A stretch of DNA of 63,614 nucleotides, filler included, from Reclinomonas americana ATCC 50394 (GCA_048213135.1; 6 parts of 4 records of this genome joined end to end with filler, not necessarily neighbours in it), one strand, 5' to 3'. Positions 40,180-53,830 are shown, counted from the whole stretch's first letter. The notes: generated by a model not told the origin, from the letters alone. Numbers and translations: made by a program.

Positions 40180-41813
40180 TTACAATGTCAGTTTGCCGAG
40201 GTGCGGCGCACTGGCGGGCACTTCGGCTAGCGGACCCACGAGACCGGTTCTCCGCAGCATGCTGGCAAACATGGTGAGGGCGGCACGGCCGCGGAAACGG
40301 ACCGTGGTAGCCTCCCACAGCATGGCAAAGTGCGACGACGGCCACGTGTTGCTTCCGTGGTGCACGTACCAGTAGAGCAGAGGGGCGTCGAGGACCACCA
40401 GGGTCTCGCTGGAGACGAGATCGACCACGGCGCGAGTGTCCTCGCCGCGGTTCAGGTGCTGGTACCGCGGCATCTTCGAGCGCTCGCACACCAGCGAGTT
40501 CTCGTACACAAAGAAGCCCGACACGCCCAGCGACCACGGCTGCTGGGCATCACCACCACCGCTGCTGCTGCTGCTGCTGGCGTTTTGCTCCGACGGCCAC
40601 AGCATCTGGCGTGCGAGCGTGGAGGCTGCGGCCTGGAAGCGTACAATGGCACGCATCTGTACCAGCAGGCGATCGGGATCGTAAATGTCGTCGTCGTCCC
40701 ACACGGCAATGTAGTCGCCGCGCGCCATCTCCAGCGAATAGTTGCGCAAGTGGCCGAGGGTGGTTTCGCCCAACTCCTCCGCCGACATTTCCAGGTACGG
40801 CTCGAGACGGACACGCGGATCCTGCAGCTCCGCCAGCACGGCCGTCAGCGCCTCCGCCGTCACCTCGTTCTTGGTCACAATCACCAGCTCGCGATTGGGG
40901 TACGTCTGTCGCTGGAACAGGTAGATGGCACGCAGCGCAAAGTGCAGCCGCGCGTCGGTCACCAGCAGACACGACACCAGCGGCCACTGCGCGACATCAC
41001 CGTCGGTGGCGGCGTCACGGGCGTCACCCATCAACAATCCGTGCACCGTGTGCGACTGCAGTGGTTCATCGGCCACCGGTTGCATCACCGAGTAGCGCAC
41101 GTCGCGAAGAGCTGCGTCGGGTGAGGGGGGGAGTGAGGAGTCAGAGGGATGTGGGAAGGAGCAACAAGAGACAGCCACGGCACCTCGTCCGCCATCGTCG
41201 ACCAGCTGCACGATGACGAGAGAGGGTGAGTGCCGATGAACATGCAGCGGAGAGGAGAGCAAACGCAACCCAGTCTCGCAGGTGCTCGTGCAGTGGCAGT
41301 GGTGCTGCGACACCCTCCGACGCCTCCACCACCACATTCACCCACTCGCCATGTGGCGACGAGGTGGACGAGGTTGGGCGGCACACATGCAGCTGCGGTG
41401 CGGTCACGTAGTCCAGCGCTGTGCCTGCCGACCACCAATGCTGATCACAGCTCATGTCTACGCCACGCGCTGGGTTGCAGAAGCATGACCGGTACTGTGG
41501 GAGGAGAGAGAGGGGAGGTGAGAGAGAGAGAGAGAGAAGGAGAAGAGAGTGTGGCTGAAGACATATAAAGCAGAGAGACACAGCAGAGGGAAGCACACTG
41601 GCAACATCAGAAAGAGAGAGAGCAGGGGTGCATGCAAAGAACCTCTTCGTTTCCGATCGTGAGGAATGGTCGCGGACCAATCACTTGCGCATTGACTGCC
41701 TGTGGTGCGTACCTATGCCCGCTGAGCAAGAAAAGGACGAGGAGGAGAAGGAGCGAGGAGAGATTTCTCCTCCTTTGCATGTTGTTATGTCGTGAAGAGC
41801 GCATGTCCTGCAT
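40180..41813 (-). CDS. Glycosyltransferase family 2 (GT-A) with an N-terminal signal/anchor
   Basis: PLVSCLLVT...QRQTYPNRELVIV...LGHLRNYSLEMARGDYIAVWDDDD...GED...YVHHGSNTW. Hydrophobic N-terminus LLLLLVLFLL; frame-consistent small exons upstream. Confidence 0.85.
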
Positions 41814-42583
41814 GTTCTTCACGGTCGTCCCGTCGCTGGATGGCAGAGGCGGGGGAATGTAGGGCAAGTCGGTGATTGACCACGAGAGGGAAGCTCGAGT
41901 AGGCGAGCACAGGCGGGCCCAGACGCCACAGAAAGCTCGAACTTCGCGAAACCGGACGCGACAGGCATGCGGAGTGTGCTCGAGCGCGAGGATTCATCGC
42001 ACTTCCCGGCTCGCGATTCCCAAGTCGATATATGCAACCGGTGCGTATTGCCGCCGTGCCGAAACGCACGTTCACGATGCACATGGACGTCACTCGAAGC
42101 AAGTCGACGTCATCTCGAACTGCACAATTGCAAAGCCACGTGCACACCACGTGGCGTGCCTGCATATATACGTCACCAGCGTAATCCTCAAACACCAACC
42201 GACCCCACTCGCCGACACCCGACCCCCGATCCGGAGAGTCCCCCAACGAAATCGCCGCAAAAACCCGAGGTCGACCACGTCGAATTCGAACCATCGCGTT
42301 CATGTCCGAATCGGGCTCACCTTGCCACCGCCGCTCCAACACAAACGCACGCACCGTGCCTTCCCCCTCACGTCATCCCACACGCGCGCGGAGATCACCG
42401 GCGCCAAAGCCCGCCGCGCGTGGTCAAGTCGGAGTTGGTCGGACAATTCGATCACCCCCTTTTTTTTGAGTTGTGTGAGAAGAAAGAGCAAATTTGAACA
42501 TTTCAGCCGCGCGCTGTGCTGTGACGACACCAACAACAACAACACCAACGCGCACTTACACAAGACACGACTCCGCCTATACC

Positions 42584-44594
42584 ATGAACACTCCGCGCCG
42601 CTCGCGACCTGCGCCTCTGCGCTTGCCAACCTCCTCCAACTCGACCTTCCAATCATCATCGACTCCGACTCCCCTCTCTCCTCCACCCGTGACCACTCTC
42701 GCCTCGTCTCTGCGTCAGCTTGCGGGCTCGACCAACCCCGTGTTCCGACTGGCGGAGCTGGCGGGTGGGCTCACCGACTTTGCCGTGGCGCAGCGTCGCA
42801 GCACAGTGGCACTCGAGTTCCTCGCACAGCGTCCGGCCTGTGCTGGATCCTTCAACTTTGACTCGCTCGAGGCCGCTGATCTCGTCTTGCTGTTCCAGGT
42901 GTGTGTGTGTGTGGGAGAGTGGGAGTGTGTGGGGGGTGTGACACGCCGACAGTGCGCGATGTGTCATTTTTTGTTATTTTCGGTGTGTCGTCGCGACTCG
43001 CCTCCTCCAATCGTCCTCTTCGTCTTCGACATCCATTCACAAAAAAAATTGATAGCCGCTCATCTCGTCTGCCTCTCACTGGCTTGTGTGCGCGTTGTCT
43101 CTGACCCTTGCTCTGTTGTTGTTGTTGTTTGTTGTCATGTGTGCAGTTGTACGATCGCGAATTCTTTGATCAGTCGATATCGACGGCGTTCAAGCGGCAC
43201 CACCGACAGCTGCGCTTTTATGTGGTCGCCACATTGCCGACACAAGCGTTGCGTCTCACCGCCCCTCTCTTTCTCTTTCTCTGTGTGTCCGCGTGGACGT
43301 GAGCTGTTTTCGCCCACTGCTGTATGTGATGTGATATCGCTTCGTCTGCCTCACATTGTGTGTGGTGGCGCAGTGGTCACTTTTCGCGCTCGGGGTACGA
43401 GCACAACTTGACCATTTGCTGGCCGATTATCTCGCGGCCGTTTGAGGCCTGGTCCAAGGTGGCGATTTTTGCCGAGCTAGAGTGCTCGTGTCCACTGACT
43501 CTGTGTGTCGCTAAACTCTCCCTGCTGTTGTCCTCAGGACGATGGCGCCGTGTCGGTGTCGGTGTGTGGCTGTGCGTGCACCAATCGGCTGCAGTCGTTG
43601 ATGCGCGTGTTTGAGCACGAGCTTTGCCACTTGCTGTGCTTTACGAACTATTTCCACGTGGAGGACTCGCATGGGCAGGAGTTCCGCTCCATTGCCTACG
43701 CCTTCTTCCGCCACTCGCGCGTCACGCACGAGTTGCCGGTGCTCAGCACGCCGTTGTTTGCGGCCGCCGCTCCATCGACGGCGGTCTCCGACCACTCGCG
43801 CTGCTGCGGCGTGCCGGCGCACGGCAAGGCCACGGAGAGCTCCTTTGATTCGGTGGCCTCATTCGACCTGTTCACCCACATGTTCAACCCGGAGGTGTGC
43901 CAGCAGGTGGCCGCCTCCACCTTTTCCCTGTCACTGACGCCGTCGACGCCCCCGTGCGACGACGATGCCTGTGGCCGGTTCGGCAGTGGTGCCAGCAGCT
44001 TTTGGCGCACTGCCACCGCCTGCCACTCCCCTGCCGGTCAGTGTGTGTGTGGCTCTTCCCGCACGCACATCTCTCTTTCAGCGAACTCATCTCGCGCCTG
44101 TGGCGTCCTCGACAGTCCCCGCCGTGTATCTCCCCGTCTCCAACACCAGAGTGGCAGCGCTTGGATCGACGCGACGACCACACGCCTTTGCGCCGTCGCA
44201 TGTCCATGAGCGTGTGTTCTCGGCACCGAAAGACGAGTACGACAGCATGGAGGTGGACGAGGATGGCAGTGGCGACGGCCACCACACACACAGTCAGCAG
44301 CACGGCTTTGACGAGGAGGTGTTCGATCCGGACTCGTTCTTTGTCAACGACGACGAGCAGGAAGAGGTGGATGTGGGCTTTGACAGCTCGCCACAACCGT
44401 CGCTGACGGGCACCGACTCGGACGCCTCCTGGACCACCACAATCACCACCGCATCAGCAGCAGCAGACGCCTCGCCATTCGTGGTTCCCGTCGGCTTTGG
44501 CACGAGCCACCACCACAGCCAACATCTTCATCATCAGCAGCATCATCATAATCAGTACCATTACCAGCAACCGGCCGGCTGGTACGACTGCTGA
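42584..44594 (+). CDS. SprT-like zinc metalloprotease with an acidic/His-rich tail
   Basis: LFQ|LYDREFF...TQAGHF...VCGCACTNRLQSLMRVFEHELCHLL...HGQEF (HExxH plus a downstream HG..F). Confidence 0.75.
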
Positions 44595-44949
44595 CCGACC
44601 GCGCGCTCATATCGCGCACCAGAAAAAGAAAAAGGAAAACAAGAAAAAACAACAACAAGGGGTCATCCCCCAGCGCCGGCGATCGAATCGCCGGCACTTG
44701 GCACAATCGGCGGCCTGGGACGTGGTTCCGCTGTGTTTTTCACGCCTGTACGCTGCTGCCAGCCTGCTGTCGGGCACAGAGGCAGGTGCCTCGTTTGGGG
44801 CGCCTCTGTGTCGCCGGGCAGCAGCAGCTGCAGAGTGAGCAAACCAGCGGGCTTGCGGCCAGCCGCCAGGCGTGTACCGACTGCCGTCGTCCGTGTTGCG
44901 TGTCGACGACAGAGAGGGGAGCGCAGAGAGATGACACTCGCTGCGCCTC

Positions 44950-47900
44950 TCACGTGGGGTGGGTTTTTTGTGACACAATCGCAGTATAATTCATTAATCT
45001 GAACGCGATCGACGGCCGCCTCCTCTGTTCTATGGCGAATACGCCCACAATCCTGTGTTCCGGAATGCGTCCATCTTGAATCGCTGGAAGTAATGCACCT
45101 GCGCCGCCGAGGGGAAGTGGAAAGTGAGTACCGATGCTCGTGTGCTTTTGAAGATAAAGGGAGACGACACATCGTACCAGAATCAGCGAGGACCTGTCGT
45201 TGTACAGGTGACGGGCAATGTTCTTCTTGAGGAACAATCGCAAGCCGTACGCATTGTCGACCTGATGCGCGTCGAACCAGTCGAAACGCAGGCGACCGAG
45301 ACGCAAGTGGTAGTCGACCAGCAGGTTGAGGATGTGCTGCTCGTTGAGATTCGGCTGGCGTTCGATCATGTCGATCAGGTGCGCCAGCAGGCGGAGAGAG
45401 TACACTGTCGGTCGCAAGCTCCACAGGCCCGCCACGATGCTATATTGGCGCTTGTGGCGAGCGCAGACGGGTGAGGCCTGTGAGGGGAAAGAGAGGAGGG
45501 AGACAGAATGAGCGAGAAGACAATCGTGCGCACAGGGGAGATCGCGGCCAAGCACCACGCACCCAATTGCCATCGCCGGCGCACGACTGGGGAATGTAGA
45601 GCCACGGGGCGCGGACTCGCTCGTGCGCGGGGGCGTTTTCGAAGCTGGTGAAGTCGCACACGGTCTTCTTCCGATCGCGGTGCTGGATTTGGATGAGGAG
45701 GTCGGGAGCGGTGCGATCGTCCGAGTCGTACAGCTGCGGCAGACTGCCGACATGCCCGACGAAGAAGGCGTCGGTGTCGGTGTAGAACGAGCGGTAGCCG
45801 CAGCGCAGGAGCATGTAGGCGTAGAGCCAGCGCGTGTTGACGACGTAGGAGAAGTCGAGGTGGACGCGACGGTTGCCAAGCCTGGCAGGAGGTGAGAGTG
45901 CGAAGCAGAGAAAGAGGCAGGAAGAAGACTCACCAGTTGAATTCATCCAGAAATGCAGCAGCCTCACGCTCCGGGCCCAACAGCTTCTTCACCTCGTTGA
46001 ATGTGTACTCGTCGCCGCACACCACCAGCGGCAGCTTGTCGCCGTGGAACTTGAAAAAGTAGCTCAGCCACTTGCTCACCATCACCGAGAAGATCCCGGC
46101 ATTGTCGGAGGTGGGAGGCGGGAAGGCGACCATGGTGAACACCACCATCGACTCGCTCTGGCCCTCGAGATCAATGGCGAACGGGTGCGCGCGCAGCCAC
46201 TGCTGCAGGCGCAAGATTGTCGATCGTGACTCGCGGAATTGCGTGTCGGCCGGGAAAATGGCGTATGGCGGCGGAGCAGCCACGTTGCCGACGGCAGCGG
46301 CCGCGGCCACCAGCGCGTTCGGTGAGGTCAACTGGTGCCACAGATGGCGCTCCATGCCGTGGCACAGCTCGTCGGGCTGAACCCGCATATTGCGGGGGTT
46401 TTCGTTGTTCTCGGGCTTTGCATTGCGATCGGCCGCCGGCAGTGGCGGGTGCCGCTGGCTCCGACTGCGCTCTCTGAACGCCGGGCCAAGGTAGTCGCAG
46501 TCGGAGGCGCGGTGGTCTGTGCGTGGGGGAATAGATGAGTAAGGCGGCGGAGGAAAGAGGGGAGAAAAAAAGGAGCGTTGACTGACCGTGCGCGACGNNN
46601 NNNNNNNNNNNNNNNNNNNNNNNNNNNNNNNNNNNNNNNNNNNNNNNNNNNNNNNNNNNNNNNNNNNNNNNNNNNNNNNNNNNNNNNNNNNNNNNNNNNN
46701 NNNNNNNNNNNNNNNNNNNNNNNNNNNNNNNNNNNNNNNNNNNNNNNNNNNNNNNNNNNNNNNNNNNNNNNNNNNNNNNNNNNNNNNNNNNNNNNNNNNN
46801 NNNNNNNNNNNNNNNNNNNNNNNNNNNNNNNNNNNNNNNNNNNNNNNNNNNNNNNNNNNNNNNNNNNNNNNNNNNNNNNNNNNNNNNNNNNNNNNNNNNN
46901 NNNNNNNNNNNNNNNNNNNNNNNNNNNNNNNNNNNNNNNNNNNNNNNNNNNNNNNNNNNNNNNNNNNNNNNNNNNNNNNNNNNNNNNNNNNNNNNNNNNN
47001 NNNNNNNNNNNNNNNNNNNNNNNNNNNNNNNNNNNNNNNNNNNNNNNNNNNNNNNNNNNNNNNNNNNNNNNNNNNNNNNNNNNNNNNNNNNNNNNNNNNN
47101 NNNNNNNNNNNNNNNNNGGGGAAGGGGGAAGGGGAGAAGGGGAGAAGGGGAGAACGGGAAGGGGTAAGTAAGGAGGCGGTGAGGAACGAAAGTGAAGAAG
47201 TGGAAGAGAAGGGTGAGTGACAATGATGTACGGTAGGGTAGTGGACAGCGTACGAGAGATGCAGAAGACGAATACGACAGGAGTGCAACGGCGGAGAGGT
47301 TGAAGAAAATGTCGAGCGACAAGAGACTGGGAGATATAGGAGCACCGTCAGGAAGACAGCGGCATACGATGAGTGACGGCGGAAGAGAAGTGTGAGTAAC
47401 AGCAGGGAGTGGAAAGAGAGTGGACAGCACTGATTAAATGCAGAATACGACAGGAGTCCAACGGTGTAGAGGTGGACGAATGCGGCAGGCGACAAGAAAC
47501 TAGAAAGAGCACACAAAGAGTGACGATGCGTGGAGCATGTTGGAGAGGTGGAAGAGAAGGGTGAGTGACAGCAGGGAGTGGAGAGAGAGTGAACAGCGTT
47601 AATGAGACGCAGAATAAGATATGAGTGCAGCGGTGCAGAGGTGGAAGAATGTGGCAGGCGACAAGAGATTAGAAAGAGCACAACAAAGAGTGACGATGCG
47701 TGGAGCACGGTGGAGAGACGGAAGAGAAGGGTGAGCGGCAGCGGCGCGGAAGAGGAGCAACAGTGGCGGTGAGATGCAGAATACGACGAGAGATGGAAAC
47801 TGGGAAATGGAGTGCGCAGTCGCGGAATGCAAGACAGAAAATGACAGTGGGCAGCGAACAGTGGCGCACATGTTGCACAGCACGTGAAGCATGGTAAGAG

Positions 47901-49085
47901 TAAGAGAAGGGACAGCGGGGCATGTAAGGGCGAACAGTGGTGATGAGATGCAGGATACGGCAGCGGCACAGAGGCGAATAAATCCCACAAGCGAATAAGG
48001 AAACTAGAGAACGAGAAAAAAACATTCCAAGAAACCAAGGGGAACGGAGCCCCTGCCCCCTCCACGAATAATGAAACGCAACAACAGGCAAGAACACGCT
48101 CATTTCACAGTACGTGCCACGAGTCGCCAAGAAATGCAATTCCGGGTTCTGCTGGCGCGCATGAGAAAAAACCACAAACACAGCCACGTTGCACGTAGAC
48201 GCGCAACGCACACACCTTCTCAATTATGGTCGACACCTCCGTCAGCACGCTAATCAGCTGCTTGACAGACAGTTGGATGCCCAGCTGCTCAACGACCGCT
48301 TTCTCCACTGTCATTGGTGGGGAAAAAACGAAAATGAGCTTGGGCGTTGCGCATGCCACGAGTGACACACAGACGCAACCTGCTTGTCGCAGTGAGCGCA
48401 CATGATCGGGGAGACCAGTGAAGCGCACTTGCACGTCGTGCCCATCGACCTTGATCACCCACTCGGTCACAGGCGGGCAAAAGACCGACAGAGGAATGTC
48501 GAGAGAGACCAGAGGGTCGAGACTGACGAGGTAGCCGCAGCCAAAGATCTCCGCTCGTTGCAACTGCAGACAGTGTGCGCGTGTGTGTGTGAGAGAGAGC
48601 AACCTCACAGAGAGAGAGTGGAGCAAGAGAACCATCAATGTGTTGAACGCGCGCTCAGTGATGCTCTCTGTGCGATGCACAGGTAGCCCATACAGCTGCA
48701 TTGCAGCATCCACTGTGACGCATAAAATGAGACAAACACACACACACACACACACACACCCAACAAGAGAGACACACACACCTGCGTCGCCCAGAGTTGT
48801 GTGCCCAACAAGCGCAATCGATAACATGCTTTGATTGCTGTTGTTGTTGTTGGTGAGATGAGAGTCCACTGCCTGTGAGTTCAACTGGTGCGAGGAGCCA
48901 TCGGTGACGAGCAAGTGAATGCGGGCGTGGTCGATGCCGACATCGAGAAAGGCCTTTAGTGGTGTGCGTGAGATGCTGACTGGGGGTGAGAGAGCAGTCA
49001 AGGCGATGGCCGAGGGTGTGAGGGTGACGAGGAGGATGAGGCAGAGGAGGAGGAGGAGTAGAGGAGGAGGAGTGGAGGGCGGCAT
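44950..49085 (-). CDS. Secreted/Golgi nucleotide-diphospho-sugar transferase (GT77-like)
   Basis: MLLRCGYRSFYTDTDAFF (DxD) and AGLWSLRPT...NEQHILN. The signal-peptide exon at 49085 is joined across an N-gap by inference. Confidence 0.65.
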
Positions 49086-49539
49086 GGTCGGCCGTTACAC
49101 GACCACCAGGAGAGAATGTGTGTGCAAGAAAAGCGCGCGAAATTGGTCCTCCTTCATGATTGTGTTCACGAACACACGAACACGCCGACGCAACGGTCCA
49201 CAGTAGCATCACTGGCCAACACAGCAATGGCAACTGCACAAAGTTCACGTGGAATTCGCAGCATGTAGAAACCACGTACGGCGCCGGCGCGGGCCGGCCG
49301 GGCAATAGAAAAGCTGCTGCTGCTGCTGGTCTTGTTCGCAGGGCAGGCAAGTGTGTGCAAGAGGAAAGGATGAAGCCCACGTTCACGGACGCCTTCTCTG
49401 TGGCCGAAGAGCTTGCAACTGAGAAGATGCGCTTGCAGATTAACCAATCACGATCGCGATTTCGATATCGATATCGATGGAAGTCGGATTTGGAGTGTGA
49501 GGCGCCTGCAGGCAGCTGCGCCACCGTGACACGGTCTCA

Positions 49540-50300
49540 CAGATAGAAAAGCATGCCCTCCTGTTAACAGGACAGGTTTGGAGGCCAAACGCCCCGTTGG
49601 TCACCCTGTGGAAACGGAAACGTCCAGGAAACGGCTTTCTGTCCGGATCGGTGTTGCAAGCTTGAAGAACGACTCAGCGAGTGCAGCGATGCCTGTGGCG
49701 GTGGAAGCTATAACAATGCCTTCTATTTCTCAGGACACAGCTTTGTTGCATGCAGGTTCGCGGAGTTGCAGGGGCGAAAGGGCGATCACAGCGAATTCTG
49801 GATACGGATCCGGACAGAGAAACTGAGCGTTGTGCAACTTCTGCTCGTCACCGTTCACCGTGACTTGCAGCCATGGATAGAGGAACGTGTCCTTAAGCTA
49901 ACCGGACACATGTTGCGGCGACATGCACTGCAGAAGGCGCTGCAGAGGGTGAAACTGTCCGGCAGACTGGATTTTGTCCGGATCAATAGCAGGCTCGGTG
50001 CACGATTCAGCGAGTGCAACGATGTCTGCGTGGGGTAGTAGCCATATTAAAACTATGACAAACTGCCAACACACTCACCGCACGAGGGTGTTCACGGCAA
50101 GAACCGTGGAGCACAAAAATCGTCACAGAAACGCTGGATCCGAACAGAGAAACCGACCGTGTGCGACTTCTGCTCATCGCTGTTCACCTTAACACACAGC
50201 CATGGATAGAAAAACGTCTGTTTATGTTGGCCGGACAAGTGTGGCGGTGGTACGCAGTGTAGGAGACGATGTGGAAGCCTTCTGTCCGGATTTCCCGGAC
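49540..50300. repeat. Degenerate tandem repeat, unit about 335 bp, roughly 2.3 copies
   Basis: Homologous blocks at 49541/49876/50205, 49631/49967/50274 and ~49800/~50133. Confidence 0.7.
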
Positions 50301-50974
50301 ACGCAAGTCAGGCAACAATGTTTTCATTTGGCAACTGAAATGATCAACAGGGCTGCAGTTTGTTCCGCTGCTCATTGCAGCTTGAATTCAGAACCGGCCG
50401 CATGCGCCGTGCGCGCGCTGCACTTCGCATTTCTATTCCTCACTGTCGCATGCGCGCATCCTCTCCACCAATGTCCTTCCCGTTCTCCACTTTTCTCGGA
50501 AACCTGATCGCGAATGCTGACCACTGTGCCGCTGCTGCACGCCACTCAGATCTGTCAGGCTTCGTCCGATCGCGACAAACCGATCGACGATCGAGATTGC
50601 GGGTTGCTCGCGCCACACACAACACAAACCCTCTCTTCCCCCACTCCGTGAGCGCACTCTCCCACTGTGCGCGCACGTGCATCCCGCATCTCTCTTCCCC
50701 CACGCCTCACTCTCTCCATTGAATGCTGGTACACGCGAGACAAGTCATTGGCGTGTCACCTTTTCGCGCCTTCTCACTCTCTCTCCCCCTCTCTCACAGC
50801 GTGGCGCAAACCCTCAGACGCCCAACCAAGGCTCCTCATCACAACCACCGCCACCAGTGCCCATGATGGTTGGCGCAAGAACACACACTTTCTCAATCAA
50901 TCTCTCAATCTCTCACTCTCTCACACACACAGCAACAAGCATCGCCCGCACAAGGCCGCGGGCGCGACTACACC

Positions 50975-52170
50975 ATGGAAGACCGCGCCATGCTCACAGA
51001 GCTGCTGGATCGATCACCTCGCGGTAATGCATTCTCCACAATGAGAAAGAGAGAGAAGAGAGAGACTCACACTCACTGACTGCGTGACCTCGCAGGCGAG
51101 TCGACGCCCGTGGAGCGCGCCAACGAGGTGTTTGGCTTTGATGGATGGGGTGCAGGTCTCGTGGAGATCACCTCAGACTCGGTTCGTACGTGACAGTCAA
51201 AAGAGTGCGTGTTTTTCCCGCGCGCCCTCACCACCCTCTGGCACGCGCAGCTGGAGACCGATGTGTCGCCGGAGCACGGCAGCAGGTTCCGTGCACACGT
51301 CTCTGTCATTCTGCGCGTCACTCTGCGCAACAATGTGTATCGAGAGAACATTGGTTTTGGGTGCGTCTGTGTCACTCTGATCCCGCGATGATCGCTCGCT
51401 CGCTGACTGGCACTACGCAGCACTGGCATTGATCGCGATCGAGGGAGAGCCACGCAGCTGGCAAAAGAGGCGGCCACGGAGGGTGAGTGGAGGACAACTC
51501 CTGTTGCGGTGACGCTGTCACTCATCTTGCGCTCGCCAGCTGCCTACTCGTCCACCCTCGCCCTGTTTGGTCGCTACCTCGCCACACTGCCGCCCTCGAT
51601 GAGCCCCCTCCCTCCACCCGTTAACGCCGGCGCACCCGTCGAAGAGGCTCGACTCTGGCCCGCTCCACCGCCACCAGCACCGCCAGCACCAGTCGCAGCT
51701 GCATACGTGTCGCAACCCGTCGCCTCGCAACGCCTCGCCATGCCTGTTGTATCGGCGGCAGTGTCGGCACCGTTGCCAGACGCCGATCGCCTCTCACCGA
51801 TGGACAGGAGTCAGCCGTTGCCGAGCACTGTAGCTGCTGCTGCCGCCGCAGCCGCCGCCGCAGCTGCAGCCGCCACTCGCACGCCGAGTAACGGCGCCAT
51901 GCACTCCCTGACGCCCTCGCCGCAGCTGGCCCACGCGCCCATGTCCGCCTCCTCCGCCACCAACCGCGCACCATCGCCCACCTGCGACGAATTCGACGAC
52001 GCCGACGTTTCTTGTTGCGTTTCCCACGTCGACGCCCATCACTTCCCAACTTCGCGCACACTCATTCATGCATCGCCGCAGTTCCACCGGTACTAGCCGG
52101 CGCCAAGAGGACACTAGGCGAGCCCGACGACGTTGCACAGCCGTTGCCGAAACGTCCACACGCCGTGTGA
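50975..52170 (+). CDS. RAD52: Divergent Rad52/Rad59-family single-strand annealing protein
   Basis: ANEVFGFDGW...VSVILRVTLRNNVYRENIGFG...AKEAATE...LFG. Low-complexity C-terminus ending in a bipartite NLS-like KRTLGEPDDVAQPLPKRP*. Confidence 0.75.
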
Positions 52171-52248
52171 CGCACCGACGAGCGAGTGAACGCGTCCCAC
52201 ACACAGTATTGTCAGCCGTGTACTTTGTGCCTCTCTCTTCTGTGCTCG

Positions 52249-53400
52249 ATGTACCTCTGCACGAGTGTGTGGGAGGACGACAGCGATGCGCGACCTGACT
52301 CGCTCACCTACAGCATCTGTCTGGTCTCCTTCAGTTTGTGGCTGACAATGCTCGTGGTGGCGGTGGTGCACGTGATTTGGTTCTGCATTCTGCGCTATGC
52401 GCGCAAGAGAGTACAGATCAGCGGCTCCTTCTTACTCGGCATGCAGGCCATGCTTATCTGTGTGTGCACAAGTTGCGCGATCAATACTCAAACAAACAAA
52501 GGAGGAATGAGAGTGGTTGACTGAGTTGATACGCCTCACTCTGTGTGCGCAGTTCGTGTGGTGCGCTTTGCGGTGTGTCCCTTTGTGACTCCGTGGAGGA
52601 ATGAGTGGCGATCCACAGTCGCGCTTGATTGTTGCGTGAGAGTGGGAGAGCTGTGTGTGAGAGTGACTGTGTGTCCTCTCCACCCTCTCTCTGTCTCTGT
52701 CTCTCACGCACACACACGCGCGTTGTTGTGTATGTGTGTGAGATCATTCGTGTTCTGATGTGAGTGTTTCCGAACAGACGCCGCGACATTTGTTTTCTTC
52801 CTGCTTTACGTGGTTCTGTTGCACTTTTGGTACGCGTCCCCCCGTGATTTTCCCCTCCACACACATGTGTTTTTTATATTGTTATGCTGCATGTCAGGTT
52901 CCAGTTCTTCTTCAGTCTCAAGACGACGGGCGAGGAGCTGGTCAGGTTGTGCCGGCGGACGTTCATGGTCACGCTGATTGTGGTGCTGGTGGCGGCGACG
53001 TATGCCATTCTTATGATCACGTTGTGGCTGGCGCACATTGTCAGTATTGAGGTGTTGCACATGGCGTCGTCGGTGTCGTGTGTGGCCGGCTCGGTGCTGA
53101 GCGTGTCCGCGGTGATTGTGGTGGCGTGTGGCATGGCGCGGCATCAGTTTCCTCCGTCCATGTACAACGAATCGCGGAAGCGCTCGTACATGCGTATCAC
53201 GATGGTGGCCATTGTGTCGGCGCTTGGGTTTGCTGTCAGAGCGGCGTTGCGTTGTGGGATCTCTGCTGTTATTCTGTTTGCGTGCTTTCTCGGCATTCCT
53301 CGCTCTCTCGGCATCTTCACTTTTCACCGCCTTGTCGTCGAGTTTCTCACAGCACTCCCTCCGTCTTCCTCTTCCGTCTTCCCCCTTCCGTCTTCCCCCT
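52249..53400 (+). CDS. Multi-pass membrane protein, TOM1/THH1/GPR137-like; 3' end in gap
   Basis: At least six hydrophobic helices; FVFFLLYVVLLHFW resembles the TOM1 TM3 pattern. Confidence 0.55.
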
Positions 53401-53830
53401 TCCNNNNNNNNNNNNNNNNNNNNNNNNNNNNNNNNNNNNNNNNNNNNNNNNNNNNNNNNNNNNNNNNNNNNNNNNNNNNNNNNNNNNNNNNNNNNNNNNN
53501 NNNNNNNNNNNNNNNNNNNNNNNNNNNNNNNNNNNNNNNNNNNNNNNNNNNNNNNNNNNNNNNNNNNNNNNNNNNNNNNNNNNNNNNNNNNNNNNNNNNN
53601 NNNNNNNNNNNNNNNNNNNNNNNNNNNNNNNNNNNNNNNNNNNNNNNNNNNNNNNNNNNNNNNNNNNNNNNNNNNNNNNNNNNNNNNNNNNNNNNNNNNN
53701 NNNNNNNNNNNNNNNNNNNNNNNNNNNNNNNNNNNNNNNNNNNNNNNNNNNNNNNNNNNNNNNNNNNNNNNNNNNNNNNNNNNNNNNNNNNNNNNTTATT
53801 AAACAGGGAATAGTCTTTTTGTATTATACA

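Noticed and set aside
47200..47760. Degenerate ~170-bp repeats in the GT77-like intron, and the ~90-bp duplication at 17934-18090, as mobile elements
   Set aside because: No terminal repeats, target-site duplications or coding capacity are visible; they are consistent with local slippage.
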